From assembly GCA_964619955.1 (NCBI GenBank), contig CAZUJF010000002.1, positions 8,155 to 72,154 on the forward strand: a DNA stretch of 64,000 bases, given 5' to 3'. Positions within the stretch are counted from its first letter, which is position 1. Each line of letters begins with the position of its first letter. The notes under the pieces were generated by a model. The model made no database searches. It had not been told where the DNA came from and saw only the letters and a program-made list of their open reading frames with translations. The position numbers and the translations under genes were made by a program. Below, one piece after another: positions 45,713 through 54,790 of the stretch. Origin of the DNA: an uncultured Planctomycetales bacterium (lineage in GTDB: Bacteria; Planctomycetota; MHYJ01; JACPRB01).

Positions 45713-48700
45713 ATGAAGGGGTTGCTCGGGGCGGTGTTCAAGAGCGGCGGGACGGGCCTGCTCCTGCTGGCGATCGTGCTGCTGATGATCTGGTTCGGCG
45801 GCGACGCGCTCAACGTCGAGCGCAAGACCCGGATCCTCGCGGTCCTGGGCGTGCTCGGGGTCGCGATGGCGCTCGTGCTCGTCCAGAAGGTGCTCACGGT
45901 CCGCAGCGCGATGCTGATCGAGCAGAAGCTGCGCTCGCAGGCGCAGGAGCAGGTGCAGAGCGCGAGGCCCGACGAGCGCGCGGTCGTCCAGGCCGTGCAG
46001 AACCAGCTCAACGAGGCGATCCAGGCGCTGAAGACGTCGCGGCTCGGCAAGGGCGCGCTCTACAAGCTGCCCTGGTACATGATCATCGGCCCGCCCGGCT
46101 CGGGCAAATCCACGGCGCTGCAGGAGTCCGGCCTGAACTTCCCCTACGTGAGCGAGGGGCGCAAGGGCGTGCGCGGCGTCGGCGGCACGCGCAACTGCGA
46201 CTGGTGGTTCACCGACGAGGGCATCCTGCTCGACACCGCCGGCCGCTACACGACGGAACTCGACGACAAGGAGGAGTGGATCGGCTTCCTGGACCTCCTG
46301 AAGAAGGCGCGGAAGCGGAAGCCGGTCAACGGCGCGATGGTGGCCGTCTCCGTGACGGACCTGCTGGCCGCCAGCGACGAGGAGCTGGAGGCGCACGCCA
46401 AGAACATCCGGGGCCGCATCGACGAGCTCACCAACCATCTCGAGATCGTCTTCCCCGTGTACCTGCTCTTCACCAAATGCGACCTGCTCCAGGGCTTCGT
46501 GGAGTTCTTCGAGGAGTATTCGAAGGCGGAGCGCGCGCAGGTCTGGGGCTGCACGATGCCCTACACGTCCACGCCCGCCAAACCCTACCGCGAGATCTTC
46601 GACGAGGAGACCGGCCGCCTGCTGAAGGCGCTGTCGGCCCAGCGGCTCGGGGCGCTCGTCAACGAGCGGCCCGCGACGAAGAAGCAGAACCTCTATCTGT
46701 TCCCCCTGCAGTTCCAGGCCGCGTTGAAGCGGCTGGGGGATTTCGTGGAGCTGCTCTTCCGGCCGAACCCCTTCCAGGAGACCTCGGTGTTCCGGGGCTT
46801 CTACTTCACCAGCGGCACCCAGGAAGGCGCGCCGATCGACCAGGTCATCCGCTCCATGAGCGCCGCCTTCGGGCTCAAGGAGGAGGCGGCGCCCGCCTCG
46901 ACGGCGGCCGCGGACAAGAAGAGCTACTTCCTCAACCACCTCTTCACCAAGATCATCTTCCCCGACCAGACGCTGGCCCGGACCTCCGCGAAGGTGCAGC
47001 GGCGCCAGAAGCTCATCCACTACGGCACGCTCGGGCTGTCCGCCGTCGGCGGGGTCTTCCTCACCCTGGCGCTCTTCGTCTCGTTCTTCGGGAACCGGGG
47101 CCTCGTCAAGGAGGCCGGCGCGGCGGCCGTGAAGGTCCGCGAAACCTCGGCGGGGGCCGCCCAGAATCCCGAGCCCGCGCTGCAGGCGCTCGACGGGCTC
47201 CGCCGCCAGGCGGAGCTGCTCGACGGCTTCGACCGCGGCTCGCCCCCGCTCTCGCGCCGCTGGGGCCTTTATCGCGGCGACGACGTGAATCCCGCGATCC
47301 GGGCCGTCTACTTCGATTCGCTCCGGAAGCTGCTCATCGCGCCCTGCGCGGCGAAGATCCACCAGGAGCTCGAGATCCTCTACCGGAAGGAGGGCAAGAC
47401 CGGGGAGGACTACGAGAAGCTCAGCGACCTGCACCGGGTCTACCAGATGCTCGGCGGGACGCTGCGCTCCGAGAAGCACCGCGAACTGCTCGAACACACG
47501 CTGCTCCAGGAGGGCCGCTGGACGGCCGGCATCGGGGGCCGGGTGCTCGCGGTCGCCGACACGCAGCTGCGCTTCCTGCTGACGCAGCTCGACCGGCCCG
47601 AGGAATGGAAGGTCACGGTCGACCGGGTGCTCGTGAACCGCATCAACGAGGGGCTGGCGCAGGCCCTCTGGGTCCTGGAGAGCTACCGCGATCTCGTCGA
47701 TTCCGGCAAGGCGACCTTTCCCAAGGTCACCGGCGACACCTTCGTGAAGGGGGCGGGCCGCGAATTCCTGAAGTTCTCGCACGAATTCTCGTCGATCTTC
47801 ACCCAGGGCGGCTGGAGCGACTACGTGAAGTCCGCGATCCACACGAAGGCGGAGTCCCTGGCGGCGCGGTACGCGGAGCTCAAGATCGAAAAGACGGCCG
47901 CGCAGCTCGAGGCGGAACTGCAGAAAAAGCACCAGGAGCGCTACGGCCGCGAGTGGGACGACTACCTCAAGGGGGTGCAGGTGCTCCCCTTCCAGCACCT
48001 CGAGGACGCCGCGCGGAAGCTGCGGATCCTCTCGGACGCGGACCAGTCGCCGCTCATCGAGCTGTTCCGCGGCGTCTGGGAGAGCCAGCGCCTGAAGACG
48101 GGCGACGTCGAACTTCCGCCCGTGGCCGACCTCAAGCCGTTGAAGGAGGCGCTCAAGGCGCTTTACGAGTTCCAGCAGTCGGTGGACGAGTTCGTGTCCA
48201 CCACGCAGGCGAACAGCCGCGTGACCGGCTCGGTGAAGGAGGGCAAGCTCCAGGCCCAGCTGCTCGACCCCTTCAAGAAGGCCGGGCGCGGCCTCGACAC
48301 CGCGGTGCGCTCGGCGCCGCCCAACCTGCAGGACCGGCTCCGCGGCATCCTCTACCAGCTGATCGACGCGACGCGCGCGGCGCTGGCGTCGGAGGCGCAG
48401 CGCGAGGCGGACGATCTGTGGGCCCGGAGCATCCACCAGATGTGGAAGGACCAGCTCCAGGGCAAGTACCCCTTCGACGAGGCGGCGGCCGCGGGCGCGC
48501 CGCTGCCGGCGGTGGCCGCGCTCTTCAATCCCAAATCGGGGCTGTTCTGGACGACGGTGGCCGACCTCAAGGCGCTCAACGCGCTGAATCTCGAGGGCAA
48601 GCCGCTGGTGTCCTTCTCCCCCGAGTTCCTGACGGCCGTCCGGCGCGCGGAGTCGTTCCGCACGGCGCTCTTCAAGCCGGGGGAGGACCGCGTCAAGACC

Positions 48701-49099
48701 TCCTTCATGGTGACGCTCAAGCAGCGCGAAGGCGTCACGCACCTGCGCTTCTCGGTGGGCCGCAAGGAGTTCAACCACAACGACGTGCCGAGCGGCCGCG
48801 GGCCGCTGGAGTGGGAGGGCGAGGCGGGCGCCAAGCTCTCCATCCGGGTGGGCGAGGTGGACCGCTGGTACGACCAGGAGTTCAAGGACGACTGGGGCCT
48901 GGTGCGCCTGATCGCCTCGGGCAAGCCCCAACTGCAGGGGGACAAGGTCTTCGCCTGCACCTGGGAGTACAAGATCGACCTCTTCGGCAAGACCCAGACC
49001 TTCGTGGGCGACGCGGTCGTGGAATCCGAGGACAAGGCGAACATCTTCGCCCCGGGCTTCTTCGGGAAATTCGTGATGCCCGAAAAGGCGGGCCGTTGA
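45713..49099 (+). CDS. tssM: T6SS membrane subunit TssM (IcmF family)
   Basis: 1128 aa, N-terminal TM helices, Walker A IIGPPGSGKSTAL, and an IcmF-related C-terminal region. Confidence 0.9.
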   Translation: MKGLLGAVFKSGGTGLLLLAIVLLMIWFGGDALNVERKTRILAVLGVLGVAMALVLVQKVLTVRSAMLIEQKLRSQAQEQVQSARPDERAVVQAVQNQLNEAIQALKTSRLGKGALYKLPWYMIIGPPGSGKSTALQESGLNFPYVSEGRKGVRGVGGTRNCDWWFTDEGILLDTAGRYTTELDDKEEWIGFLDLLKKARKRKPVNGAMVAVSVTDLLAASDEELEAHAKNIRGRIDELTNHLEIVFPVYLLFTKCDLLQGFVEFFEEYSKAERAQVWGCTMPYTSTPAKPYREIFDEETGRLLKALSAQRLGALVNERPATKKQNLYLFPLQFQAALKRLGDFVELLFRPNPFQETSVFRGFYFTSGTQEGAPIDQVIRSMSAAFGLKEEAAPASTAAADKKSYFLNHLFTKIIFPDQTLARTSAKVQRRQKLIHYGTLGLSAVGGVFLTLALFVSFFGNRGLVKEAGAAAVKVRETSAGAAQNPEPALQALDGLRRQAELLDGFDRGSPPLSRRWGLYRGDDVNPAIRAVYFDSLRKLLIAPCAAKIHQELEILYRKEGKTGEDYEKLSDLHRVYQMLGGTLRSEKHRELLEHTLLQEGRWTAGIGGRVLAVADTQLRFLLTQLDRPEEWKVTVDRVLVNRINEGLAQALWVLESYRDLVDSGKATFPKVTGDTFVKGAGREFLKFSHEFSSIFTQGGWSDYVKSAIHTKAESLAARYAELKIEKTAAQLEAELQKKHQERYGREWDDYLKGVQVLPFQHLEDAARKLRILSDADQSPLIELFRGVWESQRLKTGDVELPPVADLKPLKEALKALYEFQQSVDEFVSTTQANSRVTGSVKEGKLQAQLLDPFKKAGRGLDTAVRSAPPNLQDRLRGILYQLIDATRAALASEAQREADDLWARSIHQMWKDQLQGKYPFDEAAAAGAPLPAVAALFNPKSGLFWTTVADLKALNALNLEGKPLVSFSPEFLTAVRRAESFRTALFKPGEDRVKTSFMVTLKQREGVTHLRFSVGRKEFNHNDVPSGRGPLEWEGEAGAKLSIRVGEVDRWYDQEFKDDWGLVRLIASGKPQLQGDKVFACTWEYKIDLFGKTQTFVGDAVVESEDKANIFAPGFFGKFVMPEKAGR

Positions 49100-50031
49100 T
49101 GCAGCTCCGCGCCGCCTGTTACGGGAAGGTCCCCATCCACGGCGATTTCATCCGCCACAACGTGGCGGGCCCGGAGGTCGACCTCCTGGACCAGTGGCTC
49201 CAGAACGGGATCGTCGCCTCGCACGCGCCGCTGGGGTCCGGCTGGGACGCCGCCTTCGACGCGACGCGGCTTCAGCGCTTCCTCTTCCAGCCCCCGCAGA
49301 CCGGAAAGGTCGTCGCGGGGGTCCTGACGGCCTCCAAGGACCGGCCGGGCCGGCGCTTCTTCTTCATCGTCCACACCGTGATCGATCCCGCCTCGCTCGG
49401 CGCCGAGGCGACGCTGCTGCCGGCGGTGCTCTCCTCGTTCTTCGACGCCGCCGAGCAGGAGGCCCTCTCCGGATGGCAGGGCCGGGACCTCAAGGGCTTC
49501 CTCGGGCGCATCGACGCCCTGTCGCTGCCGAAGGGGCTGGACGAGGCGAAGAAGGCGATCGTGTCGTTCGTCGCCGGGCGTCCTGCGCAGGAGGTCTGGC
49601 AGGACATGTTCGGCGCGCCGGACGACCCGCGGAAATACCTGCTCGTCCACAACCTGGTCGAGACGTTCAAGGCCTCCCCGGTGCCCAAATACGCCCTGCG
49701 TTTTCCCAAGATGAGCGGGGCGCCCGAGGTCTCGTTCTGGCTGGAGCTGCTGCGGAAGCTGGGCCGGCGCAAGGGGCTGCCGACGCTGACGCTCTGGGGG
49801 CCGGACGCGGCGGGCGCCGCGCCCGGGCTCACGGTCCTCTTCGACGACCTGAAGGCGAATTATTTCCTGCCGCTCTGGTGGCCCGGGCGCAAGAGCAGCC
49901 TGCTCTTTCCGCTCGCGGAGGCCGCCGCCGCGGCGGATCCCCGGGTGCAGCAGGCGAAGGGGCGCTACGGCCCGCTGCTGGACGACGGGGCGCTGCGCCT
50001 CTCGGCCCTCCTCAGCGGATTGACCGCGTGA
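49099..50031 (+). CDS. tagF: T6SS-associated protein TagF (DUF2094)
   Basis: ATGA overlap with tssM. N-terminal CYGKVPIHGDFIRHN hallmark. It is the last 310 aa of a spurious 1275-aa track ORF. Confidence 0.8.
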   Translation: MQLRAACYGKVPIHGDFIRHNVAGPEVDLLDQWLQNGIVASHAPLGSGWDAAFDATRLQRFLFQPPQTGKVVAGVLTASKDRPGRRFFFIVHTVIDPASLGAEATLLPAVLSSFFDAAEQEALSGWQGRDLKGFLGRIDALSLPKGLDEAKKAIVSFVAGRPAQEVWQDMFGAPDDPRKYLLVHNLVETFKASPVPKYALRFPKMSGAPEVSFWLELLRKLGRRKGLPTLTLWGPDAAGAAPGLTVLFDDLKANYFLPLWWPGRKSSLLFPLAEAAAAADPRVQQAKGRYGPLLDDGALRLSALLSGLTA

Positions 50032-50131
50032 GCCGCCGCCGTGAAATCGGTTGCTTTGCCCCACGGGGATTTTTATCCTCAGCGGTTTCGGGCGGACGGG
50101 CCGCGGGCCGCCGCATCAAGGAGGGTGGATC

Positions 50132-51688
50132 GTGTCTGACCTGAGCGCGCTGGCCGCCCTGGGCCCGGCTCCGATCGCGGGCGAGAATCCGTCCGGCATC
50201 TCCGCCCGGTACGAGCCGGAGTTCGACAAACTTTCGACCGAGATCGCCAAGCTGGAGTCCGTCGAAGGAAAGTCCTCGATCCACTGGGACAAGGTGGTGG
50301 AGGCCTCCACCGCGCTGCTCGCGAAATCGAAGGACCTTCTGGTCTCCTCCTATCTGACGATGGGCCTGCTCCAGGAGGACGGCTACGCCGGCCTGTCCAC
50401 GGGCATCGTCTTGTGCCGGGACTTCCTGAACGGTTTCTGGGAGAACCTCTTTCCGGAGAAGGCCCGTCTGCGGGCGCGCGCTCAGGCCCTGCAGTGGATG
50501 GGGGAGCGGCTGCCGCCCGTGCTCCAGGAGAAGGGCGACGCGTCGAAGTCGGACAAGGAGCCGCTCCAGGCGGCCGTCGCCGCGCTGAACGAGATCATCG
50601 CCCTCTGCGGGCAGAAGTTCGAGGAGGGCGGGCCGAGCCTGGGCGAACTGCTCAGCGCCGTCGAGTACAAGCTCGCCTCCGTGCCCGCGGACGCCCCGCC
50701 GCCCTCGAGCGAGCCCGCGCCGTCGGAGTCGGGCGGGTCTTCGGATTCCTCCTCGAGTTCGGCGGCTCCGGAAGCCCCTCCCCCTCCGAAGGAGATGGAC
50801 TCCCCGGACGCGGCGCGCGAGGCGCTCGCGGAGATGAAGGAGCGGCGGATCAAGGCCGCGACGCTGCTGCGGGAGGCGAATCCCGCCGACCCGCTGCCCT
50901 ACCGGCTGCTGCGGGCGGCGGTCTGGGAGGATCTCTTCGAGGCGCCCCCGTCGAAGGACGGGGTGAGCGAGGCCTCGGGGGGCGACGCCTCCTTCGCCCA
51001 GCAGATGGAGGAGAAGCTCGAAAAGGGCGACTACGCCCCGGTGATCGCGGAGTGCGAGGCGAAGCTGCCCCCGGACCGTCTCTGGCTGGACCTGAACTTC
51101 CTCGTCTTCCGCGCCATGGAGGGCCTGGGCCGGCCCTATGCGGCGGCCCGGCGGGCGCTGGGGGACGAAGTGGCGCGGCTCGCGCGCTCGCTGCCCGCGC
51201 TGCTGGAGCAGAAATTCGCGGACGGGACGCCGATGGCGTCCGAAGCGGCGCGGCTCTGGATCCAGCACGAGCTGGGCGCGCTGCCCGCGAAGGGCGGCGG
51301 GGCCGCGGGCGGGCTGGAGGCCGCGGTGGCCGAGGCCCGGAAGCTGGTGGCGCGGAAGAGCTTCCCCGAGGCGGCGGCGCTGCTGCAGAAGGAGTCGCGG
51401 GCCGGGGCGGAGCGCCGCGACCGCTTCCGGGGGCGGCTGTATCTGGCGAAGCTGTGCGCGGAGGCGGGACGCCCCGACCTGGCGCAGCCCCAGCTGGAGG
51501 GGCTCGACGAGGAGGCCCGCCGCTTCTCGCTGGAGGAGTGGGAGCCTTCGCTGGCGGCGGAGATCGCGCGGGAGCTCTGGAAGTGCCACAAGGCGTCCCC
51601 GACCCCGGAGAAGGCCGCGGAATTCCTGGCCCGGCTCTGCCGGCTGGACCTTTCCGCGGCGCTGGCGTTCGAAGCGACCAAAAAATGA
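50132..51688 (+). CDS. tssA: T6SS protein TssA (ImpA N-terminal domain)
   Basis: GTG start 7 nt after AAGGAGGG. ImpA_N-type N-terminus LAALGPAPIAGENPSGISARYEPEFDKL...IHWDKV. Confidence 0.8.
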   Translation: MSDLSALAALGPAPIAGENPSGISARYEPEFDKLSTEIAKLESVEGKSSIHWDKVVEASTALLAKSKDLLVSSYLTMGLLQEDGYAGLSTGIVLCRDFLNGFWENLFPEKARLRARAQALQWMGERLPPVLQEKGDASKSDKEPLQAAVAALNEIIALCGQKFEEGGPSLGELLSAVEYKLASVPADAPPPSSEPAPSESGGSSDSSSSSAAPEAPPPPKEMDSPDAAREALAEMKERRIKAATLLREANPADPLPYRLLRAAVWEDLFEAPPSKDGVSEASGGDASFAQQMEEKLEKGDYAPVIAECEAKLPPDRLWLDLNFLVFRAMEGLGRPYAAARRALGDEVARLARSLPALLEQKFADGTPMASEAARLWIQHELGALPAKGGGAAGGLEAAVAEARKLVARKSFPEAAALLQKESRAGAERRDRFRGRLYLAKLCAEAGRPDLAQPQLEGLDEEARRFSLEEWEPSLAAEIARELWKCHKASPTPEKAAEFLARLCRLDLSAALAFEATKK

Positions 51689-51732
51689 CCCCGGCGGGTA
51701 TGATCTTAGGCCTGTAAGAGGAGGATTTGAGA

Positions 51733-52224
51733 ATGGCAAAGGAAGGATCCGTCGCTCCGCGGGAGCGCGTCAACATCGTCTACAAGCCGGCCACGGGGGA
51801 CGCCACCGAGGAGAAGGAGCTGCCCTTCAAGATGCTGGTGATGGGCGACTTCACGGGGCGCACGGACGACCGCGCGCTGGAGGACCGGAAGCCGGTCAAC
51901 ATCGACAAGGACAACTTCAACGACGTCATGCGCAGCATGAAGCTGAACGCGACCTTCAACGTCGCCAACACGCTCTCCGGCAAGGAGGGCGAGGAAATGC
52001 CGGTGAAGCTGAAGTTCGAGACCCTCAAGGACATGGAGCCGGAGGCGGTCGCCAAGCAGATCCCCGAGCTGCAGAAGCTGCTCGAGTTGCGCGACACGCT
52101 GACGGCCCTGAAGGGCCCCCTCGGCAACCTCCCGGAATTCCGGAAGAAGATCCAGTCGCTGGTGGCGGACCCCGCGGCGCGCGAGAAGCTCATGAAGGAG
52201 CTGGGTCTCGAGGAAAAGAAGTAG
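51733..52224 (+). CDS. tssB: T6SS contractile sheath small subunit TssB (VipA)
   Basis: ERVNIVYKP...LPFKMLVMGDFTG... motifs. SD GAGGAGGA upstream of the ATG. Confidence 0.9.
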   Translation: MAKEGSVAPRERVNIVYKPATGDATEEKELPFKMLVMGDFTGRTDDRALEDRKPVNIDKDNFNDVMRSMKLNATFNVANTLSGKEGEEMPVKLKFETLKDMEPEAVAKQIPELQKLLELRDTLTALKGPLGNLPEFRKKIQSLVADPAAREKLMKELGLEEKK

Positions 52225-52262
52225 TCCGGTCCTTACCTTGAACGATAAAGGAGATTTTTGAC

Positions 52263-53744
52263 ATGGCGGACGCCCAGGAACAGGCCAAGCAGTCCTCCGC
52301 CGAGGCCGCGGCGGGGTCCATCCTCGACGACATCATGGTCCAGACCAAGCTCAAGCCCAGCGACGAGGGGTACGACGTCGCCAAGAAAGGCGTGCAGGCG
52401 TTCATCGCGGCCCTGGTCGCGCCCACGGGCGCGGGCCAGAAGGCCGACAAGAAGATGGTCGACTCCATGATCTCCGAGATCGACGCGAAGATCTCGAAGC
52501 AGCTCGACCAGGTGATGCATCAGCAGGCCTTCCAGAAGCTGGAATCCGCCTGGCGCGGCATCAAGCTGCTCGTGGACCGCACGGATTTCCGCGAGAGCAA
52601 CAAGGTCAACCTGCTGAACTGCTCCAAGGACGACCTGCTGGCCGACTTCGAGGACTCCCCCGAGGTGGTCAAGAGCGGCCTCTACAAGACGGCCTACACC
52701 GGCGAGTTCGGGCAGTTCGGCGGCGAGCCCTACGGGGCGATCGTGGCCAACTACGACTTCGGGCCCGGCCCCCAGGACATCGCGCTGCTGCAGAAGCTCG
52801 CGAGCGTGGCGACGATGTCGCACGCGCCGTTCATCGCGAACGCGGGACCCAAGTTCTTCGGGCTCGACAACTACCTCAAGCTGCCCAACCTCAAGGACCT
52901 CAAGTCGATCTTCGAGGGGCCCCAGTACGCCAAGTGGCAGTCCTTCCGCGAGTCGGAGGATTCCCGCAGCGTCGCGCTCTGCGTGCCGCGCTTCCTCCTG
53001 CGCCTCCCGTACGGGCCGAACACGGTGCCCGTCAAGTCCTTCAATTACGAGGAGGACGTGAAGGCCACGCACAACGACTACCTCTGGGGATCGAGCTCCT
53101 TCGCGTTCGCCACGAAGCTGGCCGACAGCTTCGCGAAGTACCGCATGTGCGCGAACATCATCGGCCCGACGTCGGGCGGCGCGGTCGAGGACCTGCCGCT
53201 CCACCAGTTCGAGTCCATGGGCGAGATCGAGACGAAGGTCCCCACGGAGATCCTCGTCTCCGAACGGCGCGAGTTCGAGCTGGCCGAGGAGGGCTTCGTG
53301 GCCCTCTCGTTCCGCAAGGGCTCGGACAACGCCTGCTTCTTCTCCGCCAACTCCTGCCAGAAGCCCAAGAAGTTCGGCACGAGCAAGGAGGCGAAGGATG
53401 CGGAGCTCAACTACCGCCTGAGCACGCAGCTCCCCTACCTCTTCGTGATCAACCGCCTGGCGCACTACATCAAGGTGCTCCAGCGCGAGCAGATCGGCAG
53501 CTGGAAGGAGAAGGACGACCTCCAGCGCGAGCTGAACAAGTGGATCTCCCAGTACGTCGTGGACATGGACAACCCGAGCCCCTCGGTCCGGAGCCGCTGC
53601 CCCCTGCGGTCGGCGCAGATCACCGTCGAGGACGTCCCGGGCGAGGCGGGCTGGTACAAGGTCGACATGAAGGTGCGGCCCCACTTCAAGTACATGGGGG
53701 CCTTTTTCACGCTTTCGCTGGTGGGCAAACTCGATAAGAAGTAA
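52263..53744 (+). CDS. tssC: T6SS contractile sheath large subunit TssC (VipB)
   Basis: 493 aa with FQKLESAWRGIKLLVDRTDF and CVPRFLLRLPYG motifs. Confidence 0.95.
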   Translation: MADAQEQAKQSSAEAAAGSILDDIMVQTKLKPSDEGYDVAKKGVQAFIAALVAPTGAGQKADKKMVDSMISEIDAKISKQLDQVMHQQAFQKLESAWRGIKLLVDRTDFRESNKVNLLNCSKDDLLADFEDSPEVVKSGLYKTAYTGEFGQFGGEPYGAIVANYDFGPGPQDIALLQKLASVATMSHAPFIANAGPKFFGLDNYLKLPNLKDLKSIFEGPQYAKWQSFRESEDSRSVALCVPRFLLRLPYGPNTVPVKSFNYEEDVKATHNDYLWGSSSFAFATKLADSFAKYRMCANIIGPTSGGAVEDLPLHQFESMGEIETKVPTEILVSERREFELAEEGFVALSFRKGSDNACFFSANSCQKPKKFGTSKEAKDAELNYRLSTQLPYLFVINRLAHYIKVLQREQIGSWKEKDDLQRELNKWISQYVVDMDNPSPSVRSRCPLRSAQITVEDVPGEAGWYKVDMKVRPHFKYMGAFFTLSLVGKLDKK

Positions 53745-53836
53745 CGTTCGGACGGGATAGCCGTCCCATTCCCATGTGTCCCCGCGCGGCGGGGGCGCCG
53801 GATGGAAGAGGAACTCTTAATTAGGAGCGTCATGAC

Positions 53837-54307
53837 ATGGCCGGTGGATTGAAGGCGTACATCAAGATCGGGAAGCTCGCGGGCGAGTCGATGAAGAAGC
53901 CCCGCGCGGACAAGGGGTTCTCGGACCTGCTCTCCGTCACGCTGGGCGGCAGCTGCAACTGGGACTTCGCCCAGGAAGCCCAGCCCACGCGGCTCGTCGG
54001 CTTCTCGGGCGTCTCCGTCACGAAGTACGTGAACGGCTCGACCCCCATCCTGCTGATCGGCTGCCTCAAGGAGAAGCTGATCAAGGAGGTCGAGATCATC
54101 ATCGAGGACGACAAGGGCGAGGACTTCATCTACATCCGCCTGAAGGAGGAGGTCCGCATCTGCAGCGACTCCATCTCCTTCAGCGGCTCCGAGATGCTCG
54201 AGAACATCACCTTCGCCGGCAAGGTCATGGAGATCGAGCACAAGGCGAAGAACAAGAAGGACGACATCAAGTGGGCCGACATCCAGCAGAAGGGCGCTGA
54301 GATCTAG
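53837..54307 (+). CDS. hcp: T6SS inner tube protein Hcp (TssD)
   Basis: 156 aa with MAGGLKAYIKIGKLAGES, typical of Hcp1. Confidence 0.9.
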   Translation: MAGGLKAYIKIGKLAGESMKKPRADKGFSDLLSVTLGGSCNWDFAQEAQPTRLVGFSGVSVTKYVNGSTPILLIGCLKEKLIKEVEIIIEDDKGEDFIYIRLKEEVRICSDSISFSGSEMLENITFAGKVMEIEHKAKNKKDDIKWADIQQKGAEI

Positions 54308-54326
54308 TTTTTTCCCGAGCCGCCCG

Positions 54327-54357
54327 TCCCGGCCCCGTCGCGGGGCCGGGACGGCGG
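54327..54357 (+). terminator. GC-rich hairpin downstream of hcp (possible attenuator; no U-tract on this strand)
   Basis: CCGTCCCGGCCCC-GTCGC-GGGGCCGGGACGG, immediately after TAGTTTTTT. Confidence 0.3.
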
Positions 54358-54371
54358 CCGGATCCCCCCTC

Positions 54372-54785
54372 ATGTCCTCCGACCGCTCCCTGTTCGAACG
54401 CCTCGCCCGGCCGGCCGGTCCGGGGGGGCGGAGCGCCGTCCGGAGCGGCGCGGAGCTGGCCCGCTCGGTGCTCCGCAACCTCCAGCGCATCCTCAACTCG
54501 CGGCTGGGCGCCTCCATGGCCCAGCCGGATCTCGGCATGCCCGCCCCCTCCGACGTCGCGCAGGCGGCCCCGGACGCGGTGGTCCTCGTGATGAAGAACC
54601 TGCGCGCCTGTATCGAAAAATACGAGCCGCGGCTCGCGTCGGTGGACATCGCGCACGTGGAGGCGGCCGACGACGTGCTCAGCCTGCGCTTCCAGATCAC
54701 CGGCCGGCTGACCGGGCCCGACGGCACGACGCTGAGTTTCGACACCCTGGTCGGCCCGAGCGGCCGGATCCTGCTTCAGGGCTGA
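54372..54785 (+). CDS. tssE: T6SS baseplate subunit TssE (gp25-like)
   Basis: SLFERLA...SVLRNLQRILNSRLG...DLGMP N-terminal motifs. 137 aa. Confidence 0.85.
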   Translation: MSSDRSLFERLARPAGPGGRSAVRSGAELARSVLRNLQRILNSRLGASMAQPDLGMPAPSDVAQAAPDAVVLVMKNLRACIEKYEPRLASVDIAHVEAADDVLSLRFQITGRLTGPDGTTLSFDTLVGPSGRILLQG

Positions 54786-54790
54786 AAGAC

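Noticed and set aside
46204-49098. The 1275-aa plus-strand track ORF spanning tssM in another frame.
   Set aside because: Only its last 310 aa (tagF, from the ATG at 49099) are real. The rest is a frame-shifted shadow of tssM.
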